Notes under the pieces: generated by a model
The model's input: the letters and a program-made list of their open reading frames with translations, nothing else
Told to the model about the DNA's origin: nothing
Database searches by the model: none
Position numbers and translations under genes: made by a program
Assembly (NCBI GenBank): GCA_046703865.1
Contig: JBJKSP010000051.1
Coordinates: 1-28,460 of the forward strand
Length of the DNA: 28,460 nt
Direction: 5' to 3'
DNA from: Thiobacillaceae bacterium
GTDB lineage: Bacteria; Pseudomonadota; Gammaproteobacteria; Burkholderiales; Thiobacillaceae
Part shown: piece by piece, positions 18,501-26,416 of the stretch
Numbering within the stretch: position 1 is the first letter of the stretch
How the letters are laid out: the number at the start of each line of letters is the position of its first letter

Positions 18501-18610
18501 GATGGTGCCGCTTCTGAACATCAGACCCCGCTCGCGCAGCCGGGCGTTGATCGTCTCCCGCACCTGTGGGGCCAGCGCGTGGGCTTCACGGCCGCAAAGG
18601 CCAGATCGAC
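18501..18610 (-). mobile_element. IS5-family transposase remnant (about 35 codons)
   Basis: The minus frame reads GLCGREAHALAPQVRETINARLRERGLMFRSGTI. This resembles, from memory, the IS5 segment ...LEAHDL..QIFETINAHL.E.GLML..GTIVDAT, and it breaks just before the first catalytic Asp. No terminal inverted repeats identified. Confidence 0.6.
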
Positions 18611-18768
18611 AAAACTCAGCCGGGCACTCATGGGGGGCTTCCTGGGTGCTGGTTCGCTTGCCGTCCTTGCGCCTCAGGCTCAGGTCTTTGGCAGGAACAT
18701 CCAGTGCGGTCAAGCGAAGATCGTTCTCTCCTGCGCTTGTGGAGGGGTGAGCGCCCCAAAGCATGGTG

Positions 18769-19968
18769 TCACTCAACCGCCCAGCCAGCCCACCAGATCA
18801 GTAGCCCGAGTAGTGGGTCGGTGATGTCCGGCACACGCCCTGGCAGGTATCTCTGGTACCACTCCAACGTGACCCACACGCTGAACAAGACACCGCCGCC
18901 CAGCAGACTGACTCTGCGTCGATGGCGCTCGCCGGTGGCTATCCGTGCAAATGCAGCGAGCCCCAGGCTGAGCCAGAGCGTTTCGAGGATGTCGTGCATG
19001 CCGGCAAGGCTGCCCACGTGCGCGGCGAAGGGTATCCAGTTGAAGGGGAGATACCCGAAGAGGCTGTTGCCGGGTTGAACCTCCTCCATCACCTTCGCCA
19101 GGGCAATGGCTGCCAGGCCCAACGTGGCCAAGCCGCGCCGGTTCTGCCAGGTCAGCCGGGAGACGATGGCCAGCGACACCAAGGCTGCGCAGAAGAATTC
19201 CAGGGACAGTATCTGGTAGGCAACGACGACCTTGAGAAATGTCACGCCAAGGACCAGCGCCGCAAGTGGCGGCATCACCGGCTCCAGCATGACGCTGCGG
19301 GCAAGCATCCCGATGCTGAAGATCGATAAGCCATCCACGAGGGCCAGGTCGAAATTGAACAGTTCGGGATGACGCAGGGTGTGGGCGAAGGGGTACAGCT
19401 CAGCCCGGATGAGGCGCCAACTCGTGGCGGGGGCGTAGGGGAACAGTTCCGTAGTCGCCCATAACAGCATGGCCACCAAGCCCAGCATGGGCTGTGTGCC
19501 AGGGAGAAAGTATCGCTCCCGCCAAGTATACAGACGGCGTCCGATGGGGCTTTCGGATGACAGGCCAAGGGCCATCAGTGCGCCGATGAGGGTGCCCAGG
19601 GTGTTGTTGAAGATGTCCGCTACGGAGGAAACGCGGCGGGGTAGGGCCTCCTGAAGCAATTCCATGCAAAAACTGAGGGCGAAGCCCGTCATCATTGCGA
19701 GCGCCAACCCGGCAAACCGGTTGGATCGCTTCCAGAAACGACTCAAGAGAAAACCCAGGGGCAGATAGGCGAGAACATTGATGAGAATGTCCGAACCCGG
19801 CTCATAGGGCGGCCATGGCATAAAAAGGGGGTTGGTCCAGGGATGTGGCGCCCGCCAACCCCTGAATGGCAATAGGCTGGCGTAAACGATGAGCAAAACG
19901 TAAAGAACGACCGACCACTTGAGTCTGATGAAAGCTCTATGAACGGAATCAGGCTCTGGTGATGTCAT
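18769..19968 (-). CDS. VanZ-family polytopic membrane protein
   Basis: YVLLIVYASLLPF, DILINVLAYLPLGF and MELLQ..LPRRVSSVADIFNNTLG; a second VanZ-like unit LEWYQRYLPGRVPDITD. Confidence 0.85.
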   Translation of the reverse strand: MTSPEPDSVHRAFIRLKWSVVLYVLLIVYASLLPFRGWRAPHPWTNPLFMPWPPYEPGSDILINVLAYLPLGFLLSRFWKRSNRFAGLALAMMTGFALSFCMELLQEALPRRVSSVADIFNNTLGTLIGALMALGLSSESPIGRRLYTWRERYFLPGTQPMLGLVAMLLWATTELFPYAPATSWRLIRAELYPFAHTLRHPELFNFDLALVDGLSIFSIGMLARSVMLEPVMPPLAALVLGVTFLKVVVAYQILSLEFFCAALVSLAIVSRLTWQNRRGLATLGLAAIALAKVMEEVQPGNSLFGYLPFNWIPFAAHVGSLAGMHDILETLWLSLGLAAFARIATGERHRRRVSLLGGGVLFSVWVTLEWYQRYLPGRVPDITDPLLGLLIWWAGWAVE

Positions 19969-20327
19969 GGTTAAAAATTGAGCATGGCCGGGCGTTGTTG
20001 AAATCAGGGATGCTTGGATCGAGATGTGGCCGGAATTCTAAGGGTAGCGCCTCCATGGCGAATCCCCCTTTTGTGCACCCGATGCGCCGCCTTACCCATG
20101 GGTCGCTGCATCTCGATGAGCCGTGACAGGGCATCCGCACCGAACCACACCCGTATGCCCTGGGAGCGGGGCACGACATCCGTTGGCGGGCCGGACCATG
20201 CTCAAATACTTTCACCTCCTGCGTTTTCGAACTTGTGATAGGCACCCGAGCCTGCCCTTCACGATCTGAACCGGTCATCCTCCCGGTGGTCTCAAACATT
20301 GAGTATTACTGACAAGGAGGTTGATTG

Positions 20328-21155
20328 ATGAAGTATCGAATACTTGCAGTTTCCATCGCTTTGGCGCTGACCGCACCCCTGGCAGCCACAACCGCCTCGG
20401 CGGCCGACACGACCACGCCGGCGACGCCGCCCCAGGTTCAGATGCAGACCACCGGTGGCTACCTTGGGGTGCTGCTGGGGCCGGTTCCCGACGTGTTGCG
20501 TGCACAGTTGGGGGACATCCTGCCATCCGGTCAGGGTGTGCTGATCCGTGAGGTCGAAGCCGGTTCGCCGGCAGCCAAGGCGGGGTTGAAGGCCTACGAT
20601 ATCCTGATCGGCTACAACGATCAGAAGCTGTATTCGGCGGACCAGTTGAGCCATCTGGTCCGGGCGGACAGCCCCAACACGACGGTGACGCTGAGCCTGG
20701 TGCGGGCCGGCGCGGTGCAGCACATCCAGGTCACGCTCGGCCAGATTCAGGGGCAGCCTGAAACTGTCGTTCCGCAGTTGGGGATGCGCATGCATCGGCA
20801 TCATCCCGGTCCTTACGCTACACCGCCAAGCCCTTACGCAACTCCCCCGGGCCTGACCGAGGGCAACTGGGCAAGCTTCGACTCGCTCTCGCTCAAGAAG
20901 CTGGAAGACGGGAGCTTCAAGGCCGAGATCCACTATCGCGGCGACAATGGCAAACTGGTGAAGCAGTCGTTCACCGGCAGCCTGGATTCGATCCGGGAAC
21001 AGGTCACGGACCAACAAAACCTGCCGCCCATTGAGCGCCATCAGCTCCTGGAGGCGCTGAGTGCGAGGGACGAATTCTTCATCCCGCCCCCCGGCCAATG
21101 GTTTGCGCCGCGCTTCTACATGCCCCAGTGGTTCTACTGGCAACCCGGCTTCTGA
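20328..21155 (+). CDS. Secreted PDZ-domain protein without a protease domain
   Basis: AAGGAGG SD; signal peptide; GYLGV...GVLIREVEAGSPAAKAGLKAYDIL PDZ motifs. Confidence 0.85.
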   Translation: MKYRILAVSIALALTAPLAATTASAADTTTPATPPQVQMQTTGGYLGVLLGPVPDVLRAQLGDILPSGQGVLIREVEAGSPAAKAGLKAYDILIGYNDQKLYSADQLSHLVRADSPNTTVTLSLVRAGAVQHIQVTLGQIQGQPETVVPQLGMRMHRHHPGPYATPPSPYATPPGLTEGNWASFDSLSLKKLEDGSFKAEIHYRGDNGKLVKQSFTGSLDSIREQVTDQQNLPPIERHQLLEALSARDEFFIPPPGQWFAPRFYMPQWFYWQPGF

Positions 21156-21196
21156 GAAGTCGCCGCAGGGCTGCAGCCGACGGCCCCGACAGTTGA

Positions 21197-21227
21197 GAAA
21201 ACGGGCACCATCCAGGTGCCCGTTTTC
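21197..21227. terminator. Intrinsic terminator, potentially bidirectional
   Basis: GAAAACGGGCACC-ATCCA-GGTGCCCGTTTTC, a perfect 13-bp inverted repeat downstream of the PDZ gene. Confidence 0.8.
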
Positions 21228-21439
21228 ATTGGGCGCGATGCCGGATCTCCGAGATGATGGAGCCCGGTTGGAAGTCGGCATGCCCCCATGGAACGAGCTT
21301 AGCGCCCGGGTTACATTACGGGATCGATCCTGACCGTCGATCCGTCGAAGCTATCAGTATGATTGGCCCCCGGGGACGGATAGGTAGCGGGTCCTCTTTC
21401 CCGACACCGCCGACCGGCGCGGTTGTTCTAAGGATGCAA

Positions 21440-21853
21440 ATGGCTCAAGTCACGCTGAAAGGAAGTTGTTTGTGCGGGGCCGTTCACTATGAGGTGACCG
21501 GCGATCCGCAGCGCTTTTACCACTGCCACTGCTCACGTTGCCGCAAGGCCTCCGGGACCGGGCACGCGACCAACCTGATGATGACGAATGCGAAACTCGT
21601 CTTCACAGCGGGCGAGTCCCTGGTGAAAAGCTACAAGCTGCCTGAGGCCAAGCGCTTCACCCGGCAGTTCTGCGGCAACTGTGGGAGTTCCGTGGCACGC
21701 AACGTGCCGGAAATCGGCGCGGTGGTCATCCCCGCGGGATCGCTGGACGATGAGACCCCCATCAAACCCCAGGCACGGATATTCTGGGATTCGCGCACGG
21801 ACTGGTCCTGCGACGGCGACGCCCTCCCGCGCCAGTCGGAAAATCCGGCCTGA
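21440..21853 (+). CDS. GFA family (Mss4-like, Zn-binding) protein
   Basis: GSCLCG, CHCSRCR and FCGNCGS Cys motifs, plus GSLDD; AAGGA SD before ATG 21440. Confidence 0.9.
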   Translation: MAQVTLKGSCLCGAVHYEVTGDPQRFYHCHCSRCRKASGTGHATNLMMTNAKLVFTAGESLVKSYKLPEAKRFTRQFCGNCGSSVARNVPEIGAVVIPAGSLDDETPIKPQARIFWDSRTDWSCDGDALPRQSENPA

Positions 21854-21865
21854 CCACGACCGGGT

Positions 21866-22390
21866 TTGGTCACGCCCCGGCGCGAGGAACGGACATTGGC
21901 AGGTTATCTTTCCGCCCGGCTCGGTCCTGAAGAGCGCCTGCTTTACCTGGGCAGGCTCAGTCTGTGGACCCGCGTCCGCGCTGTCCTGCTGTCGGTGCTG
22001 CTGTGTTGCCTGTCCCTGGCCTGGCTGATGACCGGCTGGAAGCCCAGTATCCCCTTAGCCGTCAAGCTGCTGCCCTTCGGGTTGGGACTGCTGGTTGCCG
22101 TCTATGTCTATCTGAGCCTCCGATCCGTGGAGGTGGCCGTGACCGACCAGCGGATCGTGGTGAAGACCGGCCTGGCTCGCATCGACACCTCGGAAATGTT
22201 CCTAAATCGCGTGCAAGGCCTGGAAGTGGCCCAGAGCCTCGCCGGACGCATGCTGGGCTACGGAACGGTGAAGGTCCGGGGCGCGAGCAGCGACGTCTTG
22301 GCGGTGGAGGGGGTATCCAACCCCTCCGCGTTCCGCACTGCGTTCTATCAGGCGGCCCATGGCGCCCGGAAACGGCCGTGGTTGCTATAG
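21866..22390 (+). CDS. Membrane protein with a bacterial PH domain (bPH_2); start uncertain
   Basis: Two TM helices, then VTDQRIVVKTG...VAQSLAGRMLGYGTVKV. Confidence 0.8.
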   Translation: MVTPRREERTLAGYLSARLGPEERLLYLGRLSLWTRVRAVLLSVLLCCLSLAWLMTGWKPSIPLAVKLLPFGLGLLVAVYVYLSLRSVEVAVTDQRIVVKTGLARIDTSEMFLNRVQGLEVAQSLAGRMLGYGTVKVRGASSDVLAVEGVSNPSAFRTAFYQAAHGARKRPWLL

Positions 22391-22638
22391 CGCAAGATGC
22401 GGACGGATCGCAGTAACGGCCCCGGCGGGTACCGGGTTTTGTCTTCACCCATGCCCGGTGGATGCAAGCCGGAAGATCCCACGCACTGATCTCGGCGAGG
22501 CCATGAAAGCCGCATAGAATGCGGTTTCCGAACCGGATTCGGCAGGGCAAGACAACGGTGCAAGAGGGAACCGCACCGATGGCGCTTCTACCGTATCGCG
22601 CGTCTCCGGATCACCCGTCCATGATTGGGAGCAAGACC

Positions 22639-23082
22639 ATGAACCGCCTCGAAGTCACCGAATTGATCATCGCCAACAAGCTCAAGAAAGGCCTCAAGTG
22701 GGAGGACATCGCCAAGGCCGTGGGCCAGAGCAAGGAATGGGTCACCGCCGGCTGCCTGGGCCAGATGACCTTCAGCGCCGACCAGGCCAGGACCGTCGGC
22801 GACATGCTGGACCTGCCCGCCGACGCCGTCGCCCAATTGCAGGTGTCGCCCTACAAGGGCGCCCTGCCCGGCACCATTCCCACCGACCCGCTGATCTACC
22901 GCTTCTACGAACTGATCATGGTCTACGGCACCACCATCAAGGAGTTGGTCCACGAGGAATTCGGCGACGGCATCATGAGCGCCATCGATTTCTCCCTGGA
23001 CGTCTCCCGCCAGGCCGATCCCAAGGGTGACAGGGTCAAGATCGTGCTCAACGGCAAGTTTCTGCCCTACAAGATGTATTGA
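22639..23082 (+). CDS. cynS: Cyanate hydratase (cyanase), 147 aa
   Basis: N-terminal HTH-like region with GQMT; PTDPLIYRFYE (catalytic R and E), EEFGDGIMSAIDF (catalytic S) and GKFLPY. Confidence 0.96.
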   Translation: MNRLEVTELIIANKLKKGLKWEDIAKAVGQSKEWVTAGCLGQMTFSADQARTVGDMLDLPADAVAQLQVSPYKGALPGTIPTDPLIYRFYELIMVYGTTIKELVHEEFGDGIMSAIDFSLDVSRQADPKGDRVKIVLNGKFLPYKMY

Positions 23083-23437
23083 CCAGGCTTTCGGCCGAAC
23101 GCCGGTCACGGGACTGCCAGGCGGCTCCTCGGCCGGGGAGCGCTGCCTAAATTTGTTCTCGTGGATGGCCCGGGCCTGCCCACCCTCCCCTGCCAAGAAT
23201 TTCCGTTGAGTCGCCTATGGACGTGGTCGTTGTCGCTGCCGAAGCCATAGCGGCGGGCGTTCCTCGGAGACGATTTGCGCGCACGTGATCGCATCGTCGC
23301 AGGCATCGTCCCCAGGTGCCCAAATGCGCAAGAGATCACACAAGCCAGGCGCTGATCAGACAGGCTGCACGCTTCGTCCTAGCTATCGGTGCCAAGGGGG
23401 AAGAACCATGTGCGAAGAAATGTAAAGAACTGTATAT

Positions 23438-25180
23438 TTGCGCGCCTTTCCCCCCTGCCCGCCGACCGTGATAAGGACAATAGTCAAGCCATATCGTCTC
23501 CTGTATGGTCGACTTGCGGATCTAGTGCGGAGCCGTCCAGCCCGGACATCCGTGCTGCAACCACGCGATTTCACGCAACTGCCACATGCAGCACGCCCGC
23601 CAGAGGTGGCAGTCATTCCAGAAAGGCTCGCCGGACTGAGCGCTCAGGGTTGGTTCGCGCTGTTCTGTGCCGCCCATTTAGTGATCTGGGTTCTGGTGCC
23701 CAGCCTGATGTATCACAACCTCCCCCACGATACCCTCGAGGCCATTGCCTGGGGCAACATGTGGCTGGCAGGCTACGACAAGCACCCTCCTCTCGCCCCC
23801 TGGCTGAGTGCCCTTGCCTCTGATCTTGGCGGGACGGTCGGCTGGCCCGTGTTCGTGCTGTCCCAGTTCTCCGTGCTGGTGTGTTTCTGGGCCGTTTGGC
23901 GCGTTGCGCTCCGGATGGTGGACCCTTGGCTGGCCCTGGTCTCGGTGGTGCTGCTGGAGGGCATCAACTACTACAACCTCGCCGCATTCAATTACAACCC
24001 GAATGTGGCTATGCTGCCCACCTGGGGCCTTTTGAGCCTAGCCTTCTACCGTGCGCTGACCAGGCAGAACCTGTGGAACTGGGGCCTGGTCGGATTGTGC
24101 GCAGCGCTCGCTTTCCTGGCCAAGTAAGAAACGGCGGTATTGGTCGCCGTGTTGCTGGCGCTACTGGCCATGACCGGGGAAGGCAGGTGTTCCTTCAAGC
24201 GGCCGGGCCTCTATCTCGCCATCCTTGTGGCTGGCGTGGTGGTGACGCCGAACCTGATTTGGCAGGCCAAACACGATTTCATCGGCCTGCACTATGCCCT
24301 GGGGAACATGACGGTGGGTACGAGTCCCTACACGGAAGACGCCAGCTCCTTCTCCGACCGGCATCACTCCACGGGATTCATGATCGATCAGTTGCCGGCC
24401 TTATTGCCTATGATGCTGCTCTTTCTGCCCCTGATCCGAGGACGGGGGGAGAGGCCGGAAGTCGGAGATTTCGACCGCAGGTTCGTCCTCTTCCTGGCTC
24501 TGGGGCCACTATTCCTCACGCTTGCGGGCGCGGTTATTTTGAAGGCCGAACTGATTACGCGTTGGGCCTACCCTTACTTTTCCTTCGCCGGGCTGGCGCT
24601 GGTCGTGGTCTTCAAGCCTGTCCTGACACAAAAGAGACTCGCCACCTTTCTGCTGGCGACATCTGCCTTCTCGGCATTGCTGGTGTTCGCGTGCTACTGG
24701 GTCATCTACGTCAGGCCTTACCATACCGGCAAGCCCCCTTTTTCCATCACCTACCCCGGACGGGAAATCGCGGAGGAAGCCACCCGGGCCTGGCACCGCC
24801 AATATTACCGGCCCCTCAAATATGTCGTCGGGGAGAGAAATCTCGTCGCTGCCGTGGCGGCCTATTCTCCCGACAAACCTATCCCCTATTTCGACGGCAA
24901 CCCGCCCGAAAACCCCTGGGTGGACGAAACCGTCATGGCGCAGAAAGGCGCCTTGTTCATTTCAACTCTGCGCGGGGCTGCCCGGACCTCTCCGTTCATC
25001 CTGGATCTCAAGAAGCGCTTTCCCAACCTCGTGGACGATCAGACCTGGGTATTTGCCCAGGCCACCCGCGCACCGTTACCCGCCGTGCGCATCTGGTTTG
25101 CGTTCCTCCCGCCTCAGGAACCGGCTGCTTCACAGATTCAAGGTGTCGGAAAACATCTCCCCGCGACTGTGCAGAAATAG
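23438..25180 (+). pseudogene. GT39/ArnT-like membrane glycosyltransferase interrupted by one in-frame TAA (24125-24127); start uncertain
   Basis: DTLEAIAWG, GYDKHPPL and YNPNV; FLAK*ETAV continues in the same frame through PNLIWQ...TRWAYP to TAG at 25180. Confidence 0.82.
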
Positions 25181-25362
25181 GGCAATACGCATCAGCCCCA
25201 GCAAGGCGGCGTCATTCATGGGATTTCGGCACATAAGCGGTGTTCACCTCAGGTTCCGGGAACTCCGATGGTGCTGTTTATGTGTCCCCCCGGCGCGGCC
25301 GGGGGGTTGGGGATGCCGCCTTTTTGCCTCCGAGCAGGCAGGCCCAGAAAGGCGAAGCGGGC

Positions 25363-25776
25363 TTATTTCAAACCGGCGATATAGCTGGCCAGGGCCTTGA
25401 TCTCATCGTCGCTCAGGTTCTTGGCGTTAGGCGCCATCACCGCCGTCTGAGGGCCGACCTGCTTGCCGGCCTTGTAGTCTTGCAGCTTGGCTGCGATCTG
25501 ATCTGCCGTCATGCCGGTGAGTTTCGGGAAGGCAGCCACGCCCTGACCGTTGGTGCCGTGGCAGGTGGCGCAGACCGTCTCGTATTTGGTCTTGGCGGCA
25601 TCTTCGCCGCTGGCCATCGGCGCGGGGGCTGCGGGGGCGGCCATCGGTGCGGGGGCGGACTGGGACATGGGAGCCGGCGCAGGGGCTTCGGTGGGCTGAG
25701 GGGTTTGCTCCTTCTTGCTACAGGCGCTCAAGGCGGCGGCGAGGACCAGGGTCAGGATCAGGCTCTTGTGCTTCAT
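25363..25776 (-). CDS. Monoheme class I cytochrome c lipoprotein (c553/c4-like) with a Pro/Ala linker
   Basis: GGAG SD; lipobox LSAC; single CATCH heme motif; PKLTG and KQVGPQTAVM with a candidate axial Met. Confidence 0.9.
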   Translation of the reverse strand: MKHKSLILTLVLAAALSACSKKEQTPQPTEAPAPAPMSQSAPAPMAAPAAPAPMASGEDAAKTKYETVCATCHGTNGQGVAAFPKLTGMTADQIAAKLQDYKAGKQVGPQTAVMAPNAKNLSDDEIKALASYIAGLK

Positions 25777-26017
25777 GCAGGGGTCTCCATTCAAGGTTGG
25801 GAAGCAGCCGCACAACAGTGCGTGGTGCGGATAGTTAAACTCATAAAGTATATCAAGCGGAGCGAGCAACTGGCGTTAGCACGTTCGACATCAGGCCACG
25901 CCTCGCGGGTTTCGCCTGGGGCCCGAAGCTGAAATACCGGCGTCGGTCGATGCCAAAGCGGTAACCGACTCCGGCGGTCGGTCAGATACCGATATTCTTT
26001 CCATGAACCACCGTCGG

Positions 26018-26087
26018 ATATTGCCGATCAATATTAATGTATCAATTTAATAAAAATATATTTCTTATTGTTTTTAATAAACTTTCA
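26018..26087. promoter_or_regulatory. Extremely AT-rich segment with inverted repeat ATATTG-N5-CAATAT
   Basis: Only 4 G/C in 26031-26080; inverted repeat at 26018-26034. Confidence 0.4.
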
Positions 26088-26155
26088 TAGCCAAACCGTT
26101 CTTCAATCCTCCGCACGGGTACAAACCCGGCACTTGTCTGCGCATAATCAGCCAC

Positions 26156-26370
26156 TGATCCGGCTTGGTACCGTTCGTCGCTTAGCCTTCCCATGAAGTC
26201 GACAGCCCTGCCATCCATCAGTTCCTGGATGGCGATATGGGCCATGGCCATGGTAGTTGTGGCGCCATGCCAACACTTTTCACCGGGCGGAATTCGGACA
26301 ACGTGACCGGGCCGGATGTTCTCGACCGGCTTTCTGCCAAAGGACTGTGAACCGCTTCTTCGGATGTCAT
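26156..26370 (-). pseudogene. Cupin-domain gene remnant with an internal deletion
   Basis: ATG at 26370 is 1 nt out of frame with DIRRSGSQS. That segment is fused directly to PVENIRPGHVVRIPPGEKCWHGATTTMAMAHIAIQELMDGRAVDFMGRLSDERYQAG. The first cupin motif is absent. Confidence 0.75.
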
Positions 26371-26416
26371 TGCTAAACTTCTTCGTCTGATTCAAGCGGT
26401 CTCTCACAACTGAACC

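Noticed and set aside
18093-18776. 227-aa minus-strand ORF as a full gene
   Set aside because: Only the ~35-codon IS5-like patch is recognisable; the rest looks like a chance open frame.
24125-24127. Stop-codon reassignment or programmed read-through of TAA
   Set aside because: TAA is the normal stop for other genes in the window, and there is only one in-frame case.
25286-25306. CCCCCCGG/CCGGGGGG hairpin as a terminator between GT39 and cytochrome c
   Set aside because: Strong stem but no U tract on either strand; role unsupported.
26137-26164. dif-like site (TCTGCGCATAA resembles the XerC arm)
   Set aside because: No XerD arm (TTATGTTAAAT-like) after the 6-nt spacer. The TGTATC core at 26038 also lacks proper arms.
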